A stretch of 64,000 nucleotides of DNA. Origin: an uncultured Parachlamydiaceae bacterium. Lineage in GTDB: Bacteria; Chlamydiota; Chlamydiia; Chlamydiales; Parachlamydiaceae. Each line of letters opens with the position of its first letter. Position 1 is the first letter of the stretch. Of this stretch, positions 58,622 to 64,000 are shown one piece after another. A program made the translations under genes and the position numbers. The stretch is taken from assembly GCA_963752155.1 (NCBI GenBank), contig CAVVXH010000006.1, positions 1 through 64,000 of the forward strand. Reading direction: 5' to 3'. The notes under the pieces were generated by a model. It did no database searches. It saw only the letters and a list, made by a program, of their open reading frames with translations, and had not been told where the DNA came from.

Positions 58622-59318
58622 TGAACACCGGACTAGCGAAGGGATTTTGCTCGTTGATAAACCTAAAGGAAAAACAGCTTTTGATCTCGTCGCCATCTTA
58701 CGACGACGCTTAAATGTAAAAACGATTGGACATGCCGGCACACTCGACCCTATGGCGACCGGAGTCATGGTCATGCTCATCGGGAAAAAATACACAACTC
58801 AATCTAATCAGTTTTTAGGGGAAGAAAAAGAGTATGTAGCGCAAATCCATCTGGGGATTGAAACAGACACCTACGATGCCGAGGGAAAGACTGTTTCAAC
58901 CTCCTCTCTCACCCCAACCGAAGATCAAATCAAGCAAGCCTTAAACTCCTTCCAAGGTGAAATCCAACAAATTCCACCGATGTTTTCTGCAAAAAAAATG
59001 AACGGACAAAAACTCTATCAGCTTGCCCGTCAAGGAAAAGTCGTCGAACGTCAACCTGTCACCTTACAAATTAAAACCGAACTGATTTCGTATCACTATC
59101 CCTTCATTGATTTACGCATCACCTGCAGCAAAGGGACGTATGTGCGAAGTATTGCGTATGATCTAGGGAAAATGCTAGGATGTGGAGCCCACTTATCCGC
59201 ATTGATTCGCACACGTAGTGGTAACTACCCTATTGCTGACTGTATTGACGGAGCAGGACTTTATACCGGAGAACTCTCGTTACTTAACATCATTAATCAC
59301 CTCAAACTAACGCCTTAG
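58614..59318 (+). CDS. truB: tRNA pseudouridine-55 synthase
   Basis: GILLVDKPKG, IGHAGTLDPMATG, QIPPMFSA, CSKGTYVRS. Confidence 0.97.
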   Translation: MNSEHRTSEGILLVDKPKGKTAFDLVAILRRRLNVKTIGHAGTLDPMATGVMVMLIGKKYTTQSNQFLGEEKEYVAQIHLGIETDTYDAEGKTVSTSSLTPTEDQIKQALNSFQGEIQQIPPMFSAKKMNGQKLYQLARQGKVVERQPVTLQIKTELISYHYPFIDLRITCSKGTYVRSIAYDLGKMLGCGAHLSALIRTRSGNYPIADCIDGAGLYTGELSLLNIINHLKLTP

Positions 59319-59327
59319 AAATAGTCT

Positions 59328-60014
59328 ATGAAGCCCTCTGATCATAAAGTTCCAATTGCTCGCACTGAAGGTAAAACTGTCATTCATGATCATATTTGCC
59401 ATTTCACAAAATCGATCAATCCAACCTGCCGATTCGAATTTCCGGCATGGGATCATCCTGACATTTTTGGAAACCATAACCCAATAAAGATTGAATTTTG
59501 CAGTGGCAATGGACAATGGATTGCTCAACGAGCTGCCTCAGATCCTACGACAAATTGGGTCGCCGTTGAAATGAAACTTGAACGCACAAGGAAAATTTGG
59601 TGTAAAATTAAGAATCTTAAACTCGATAATCTTTTCATCATCAATGGAGAAGGAGAATTTGCTTCACGAAATTACCTGCCAAAAAATTCCGTGCAAGAAA
59701 TTTTTATTAATTTTCCTGATCCTTGGCCTAAACGCCATCATGCAAGACACCGCCTAGTCAAACCATCTTTCGTCCAAGCCATAGCAGAACTTTTAACTGA
59801 TCAGGGCAGTGTCACTATAGTGACCGATGACCTTTCTTATTCAGAATGGACACTTAAAATCTTTAAAAATTCTCCTGATTTTATCTGTAATCTTCCTTTT
59901 CCTCATCGCACAACGGAATGGCCAGGCTATGGAGATTCCTACTTTGACTCTCTTTGGCGCGAAAAAGGACGCACAATTCTTTACCACCATTTTCACAAAC
60001 GAATAGCCCCCTAA
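59328..60014 (+). CDS. trmB: tRNA (guanine-N7)-methyltransferase
   Basis: IEFCSGNG SAM motif, INFPDPWPKRHH, VTD. Confidence 0.93.
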   Translation: MKPSDHKVPIARTEGKTVIHDHICHFTKSINPTCRFEFPAWDHPDIFGNHNPIKIEFCSGNGQWIAQRAASDPTTNWVAVEMKLERTRKIWCKIKNLKLDNLFIINGEGEFASRNYLPKNSVQEIFINFPDPWPKRHHARHRLVKPSFVQAIAELLTDQGSVTIVTDDLSYSEWTLKIFKNSPDFICNLPFPHRTTEWPGYGDSYFDSLWREKGRTILYHHFHKRIAP

Positions 60015-60017
60015 ATA

Positions 60018-60896
60018 ATGATCAATAAAAGAATCGAAGAAAGCGTTAGAATACATTTAAACGCCACACAAAAATCTGCTCTCGAATGGAATAAAAGCAT
60101 TCATGAAGCCGTTCTTACAGTAGAAAAAGGAAAGGAAATTCTTTGGGAACTCGATTTTGGACTGTTTAGCCGCTTGTTGCATCCTCTTAAACATCCTCAA
60201 CAGTTCCTCTCTTTATGCTTGGCCATCGAACACTTTCACGAGATCATTTGGAATCGCTTCAGGGATTCAACTTGCGGTGTCGTCATTTATCAGGGCTCTT
60301 TTTCATCTCAAGAAATTCTTGAAAAAACTGACAAAATTGCTTTCGACGATTGGATTCAAACACATCTTCATTCCGATAAAGCCACCCCCTTTTCTCAATT
60401 GCTTTTTTGTCGCGATGTGGCACTCGATTACATCAAACAACTTGCCGGACAATTCCCTTATGGAGTGGACATCTTCATTCAGTTGAGTCTAGACGATTCT
60501 TTTACTCCGATTGAAAAGCTCATTTTTCTAAATGAAGAATGTTATAAACCCCTTTTGTATCAAGTGAATGGAAATTTCATTGCCGTAGAGGATTCCGAAG
60601 CCAAAGTTGGCATTTGCCTCCCTCCGATGAATCGATTTTTTCATCAATGGAATTTTTTACTTGATGAAGCTTTAAAGAAATTATCAACGATGCAAATTCG
60701 ATATCGCCCCATTCCAGAAGAATCTCTTATTACACATCTTGAAGGCTTGGATGATTTGATTATATGCCCCTCTGCAATTTCCTTACCGGGAAAGCGCCAA
60801 TTGCAAGGGTTCTGCGCAGCCGGAGGAAGAATTCTTTCTTTAGAAACAACTCTTCTGGGCTTGACGAATGAATTAAAATTTGAAAACACCTATTGA
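60018..60896 (+). CDS. Conserved chlamydial hypothetical protein
   Basis: Co-transcribed ORF; C-terminal GKRQLQGFCAAGG. Confidence 0.7.
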   Translation: MINKRIEESVRIHLNATQKSALEWNKSIHEAVLTVEKGKEILWELDFGLFSRLLHPLKHPQQFLSLCLAIEHFHEIIWNRFRDSTCGVVIYQGSFSSQEILEKTDKIAFDDWIQTHLHSDKATPFSQLLFCRDVALDYIKQLAGQFPYGVDIFIQLSLDDSFTPIEKLIFLNEECYKPLLYQVNGNFIAVEDSEAKVGICLPPMNRFFHQWNFLLDEALKKLSTMQIRYRPIPEESLITHLEGLDDLIICPSAISLPGKRQLQGFCAAGGRILSLETTLLGLTNELKFENTY

Positions 60897-60992
60897 ATTT
60901 ATAATGTAAAATATGATATACTATAAATTCAAGGAATCAAAAAAATGATCTACGATCACAAAAAGTAACAAAAACAATTAACAGGAGATCTT

Positions 60993-62582
60993 ATGGCACA
61001 AATAGAGGAAGAATTTACGGGTTGGCGGAAAGTCTTATGGCCAATCCATAATTTCGAAATTAAAAAGTTCCTTCCTATGGGACTGATGATGTTTTGCATT
61101 CTATTTATCTACACGCTTTTGCGTGACACTAAGGATGCAATACTTGTAAATGCGCCAGGCGCAGGTGCTGAAAGTTTATCCTTTGCAAAGGGAATTGGAG
61201 TCACCGCTTCTGCAGTCTTATTTATGATTCTTTATTCAAAAGCTGCAAATATTTTTAAACGCGAAGGTCTCTTTTATATTACAGCCTTGCCGTTTCTTAT
61301 TTTCTTTTCCGCATTTCCTTATCTGATCTATCCATTCAAAGATACTTTACATATGAGTTTGGATACTATTACTCAACACCAAGATAACTACCCGCTTATA
61401 CGTTGGATTATTCCTCTGGTCGGTAATTGGACATATACTTTATTCTATATTCTATCAGAACTTTGGGGCAGCGCTGTCTTATCCTTACTGTTCTGGCAAT
61501 TTGCCAATGCGATTACACCCGTTAAAGAAGCACGTCGTTTCTATGGAATGTTTGGTTTCGTTGGTAACTTCGGTTTACTGTTCTCAGGTCCAGCAATCAT
61601 GTTGATTTCTCAATACGTCCAGGACTTAGGTCTTTCTCGCGACGTCGCTTTAGGTCTCGGACTTCAATATTTAATGGGTCTAGTGACTGTAGCAGGAATC
61701 TTTCTGCTTATTCTCTTTTATTGGATGAATCGCTATGTTCTTACAGATAAAAGATACTACGATCCTGAAGCTATGGGCGAAGGCAAAAAGAAAAAAGAAA
61801 AACTTTCTCTTATGGAAAGTTTAAAATATATCGCTGCTTCTCCCTATCTAGGCCTCATTGCGATGTTGGTTCTTTCATACGGTGTTTCCATCAACGTGTT
61901 TGAAGGTGTATGGAAAGGACAAATCAAAATCGCCTATCCTAACGAACTCGATTACAATCACGTAATGGGTGGATTATCCACAGTAACGGGTGGTATCGCC
62001 GTTCTTCTGATGCTTGCAGGAAGTAACATTTTACGACGTTTCTCATGGAGAACATGCGCCTTGATTACTCCAGTCGTCTTAATCGCCGGGATTCTGATTT
62101 TCTTCGGTGTTATCTATTACAACAACCTGCAATTGCCAACAGGCATGAAAATCACAGAAGCTATTGCGAATGGAACTATTCAACGTGAGTTGATTGTCTT
62201 TGCTGTGATGCTAGGTCTCGGAGTTAACGCTTTTGGAAAGGCTGTGAAGTATTCACTGTTCGATCCAACCAAAGAAATGGCGTATATTCCTTTAGACCCT
62301 GAATTGAAAGTGAAAGGTAAAGCTGCTGTAGACGTAATTGGTGGACGTGGTGGTAAGTCAGGAGGGTCCTACATTCAAATGGGTCTTCTTACAGCCTCTT
62401 CCGGCGCTGCTTTGTACCAGCTAGTCCCGATCATTGCTCCGATTGTTGTCGGTGTGGTTTTCCTGTGGATTTTATCTGTCTTCGGTTTAAGTAAGAAATT
62501 CATCCAAATGACTGAAGAAAAGTCAGCTGAAGAAAAATCGACAGCTACTCCTACCCCAACTATTGAAGCAACAGCTAAATAA
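60993..62582 (+). CDS. Nucleotide transport protein (NTT/Npt, ATP/ADP translocase family TLC)
   Basis: WPIHNFEIKKFLP, YTLLRDTKD, ELWGS, FWQFAN, KYSLFDPTKEMAYIPLD, KGKAAVDV. Confidence 0.97.
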   Translation: MAQIEEEFTGWRKVLWPIHNFEIKKFLPMGLMMFCILFIYTLLRDTKDAILVNAPGAGAESLSFAKGIGVTASAVLFMILYSKAANIFKREGLFYITALPFLIFFSAFPYLIYPFKDTLHMSLDTITQHQDNYPLIRWIIPLVGNWTYTLFYILSELWGSAVLSLLFWQFANAITPVKEARRFYGMFGFVGNFGLLFSGPAIMLISQYVQDLGLSRDVALGLGLQYLMGLVTVAGIFLLILFYWMNRYVLTDKRYYDPEAMGEGKKKKEKLSLMESLKYIAASPYLGLIAMLVLSYGVSINVFEGVWKGQIKIAYPNELDYNHVMGGLSTVTGGIAVLLMLAGSNILRRFSWRTCALITPVVLIAGILIFFGVIYYNNLQLPTGMKITEAIANGTIQRELIVFAVMLGLGVNAFGKAVKYSLFDPTKEMAYIPLDPELKVKGKAAVDVIGGRGGKSGGSYIQMGLLTASSGAALYQLVPIIAPIVVGVVFLWILSVFGLSKKFIQMTEEKSAEEKSTATPTPTIEATAK

Positions 62583-62606
62583 GGTAACTAGTACAGTCTT
62601 CAATGT

Positions 62607-62640
62607 AAAGCCTGGAGCAAATGCTCCAGGCTTTTTTTTT
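62607..62640 (+). terminator. Rho-independent terminator
   Basis: AAAGCCTGGAGCA-AA-TGCTCCAGGCTTTTTTTTT. Confidence 0.9.
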
Positions 62641-62667
62641 GTGATTTTTCGGACTCGGACAATTATC

Positions 62668-64000
62668 CTACGCTTGTTTAAGTAGTACTTCTTTTTTATG
62701 AAAAGCAATTGCAAAAAGGGCAATATTTTTAATCCCCGCACTTTGCAATTCTGCAGCATATTTTTTTTGTACAATCTGTTCGAGGGCTCTTTCTGCACAC
62801 TCTTCTAAAGTTTCATTAGCTTCTTTTTTCTTGAACTCTATTACAATCCCAGGTCTGGATAAATCATGTGGGACTAATACGATGTCATAACGCCCATAGC
62901 CACTTTCTCTGTTGGATCGTATTGAATAACTGTTTGAGAAAACAACTAGCAAACCAAGCACAAACAAATGATAGCTGCTTTCCGGTTCATTCTCAGAGAT
63001 ATCATGCCAACTCATGCTTTGTGTCATAAATTTCGATAGCATAGTAGAAAATAACCCCCCATCAGCTTTTCGAAGGGCTTCTTCTAACACTGCGACCTCT
63101 GATTGTCCTAGGCTTTGCCTGAAAAGCTTATCAACAAGGTCTTCAAATAGTATCTGAATCTCTTTGTTTGGAATGACAAGATTACCGTATTGCATTCCTT
63201 CGCTAAGTTTATACGAAGCTGCTGTCAAATAGCCGCTGAACAATAGCAGCGACCAAATGGAATTTGGATTACCTACCATACCCGGAAGCACCATATTCTC
63301 CTCAATTCGTATTTCCGGAAGAACATTGCCTTTAAACAATTCAACGCATGCTTCTTTAATTTGTGGACTTGCTGTAGCAATAAGTTTAGCAACGAGTGCA
63401 TTGTCACTTGTATTGACCCAATAAGGTTGCAATTTCCCCTGCTCATCCACACAACCTAATGATGACCACGGATTATAAATGCAAGTTTCGCCAATCAGAT
63501 AGCCATTGTACCATGATTTGAAATCTTCTTTTATCTTATCGAGTTTGTAATCATTTAATAATTGATCTATTTCACCATCAGTAAATCCAAACTTGTCTGC
63601 AAATCGCTCCTGTAAAATTGTAAATACTTTAGGATTATTGAGACCAGAAAAAATTCCTTCCTTTGCAGTCCGTAAAATGCCGCTAATCACTCCGAGCTTA
63701 AGGCTAGAGTTATCCTTGAGACCATCACCTAAAAAACTTCGTACAAAACACGCCACCTTTTCATAGTATCCATGGAAAAGGGCCCCATGAACAGGCGCAT
63801 CGTATTCATCAATTAATATGATCGCTTTTTCCCCATGATGCCGTTCCAGAAAATTTGATAAATAAACTAGGCTCATGTGATATTCCGCTTCTGAGCTTAA
63901 CAACAAAACGATTCTCGTAAAAATCGCTTTTTCATTTGGACTTAAGGCGGGACTATCGAGCAAATATTCATGCCTACGGTATTCTTTCGCAATCAAATGA
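62668..64000 (-). CDS. AAA-ATPase-like plus PD-(D/E)XK nuclease (PDDEXK_9) protein, 5' end outside the window
   Basis: ILIDEYDAP Walker B, SGLNN, WYNGY, YNPWS, SNRESGYGRYD...IEFK...ALEQI..KKY. Confidence 0.92.
   Translation of the reverse strand, partial: HLIAKEYRRHEYLLDSPALSPNEKAIFTRIVLLLSSEAEYHMSLVYLSNFLERHHGEKAIILIDEYDAPVHGALFHGYYEKVACFVRSFLGDGLKDNSSLKLGVISGILRTAKEGIFSGLNNPKVFTILQERFADKFGFTDGEIDQLLNDYKLDKIKEDFKSWYNGYLIGETCIYNPWSSLGCVDEQGKLQPYWVNTSDNALVAKLIATASPQIKEACVELFKGNVLPEIRIEENMVLPGMVGNPNSIWSLLLFSGYLTAASYKLSEGMQYGNLVIPNKEIQILFEDLVDKLFRQSLGQSEVAVLEEALRKADGGLFSTMLSKFMTQSMSWHDISENEPESSYHLFVLGLLVVFSNSYSIRSNRESGYGRYDIVLVPHDLSRPGIVIEFKKKEANETLEECAERALEQIVQKKYAAELQSAGIKNIALFAIAFHKKEVLLKQA

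Overview
The window is a mosaic. Positions 1 to about 2005 are high-GC DNA resembling Acidobacteria: a Gly-rich exported protein, a YncE-type beta-propeller and a 3' gene fragment. This is fused at a GGATCC/GATC site to about 62 kb of AT-rich chromosome from an environmental Chlamydiae (Parachlamydiales-like) bacterium. The assignment rests on an NTT nucleotide translocase, a Pkn1-type kinase, long YidC, DsbH-like thioredoxin, pepF-groES-groEL with CIRCE, and F-box/LRR proteins. The chlamydial part carries the infA-tRNA(Thr)-tuf-tRNA(Trp)-secE-nusG-rplKAJL-rpoBC cluster, full of indels that are almost certainly sequencing errors and confined to the first ~19 kb. It also has ptsH, chaperonins, Rpn, a caspase-family protease, an adenylate kinase with a signal-peptide-like leader, a DUF948/YtxH/YihY operon, candidate effectors, rbfA-truB-trmB and an AAA+PD-(D/E)XK gene. 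Two orphan Rhs toxin loci stand out: one with a His-rich nuclease-like tip followed by a decayed toxin-tip/immunity array, and one with a GHSQG hydrolase tip and triplicated lipoprotein immunity genes. The intergenic DNA holds at least eight families of non-autonomous palindromic elements, several nested inside each other. They include a MITE with 16-bp terminal repeats and 9-bp target duplications that carries different palindromic cargo at different sites.
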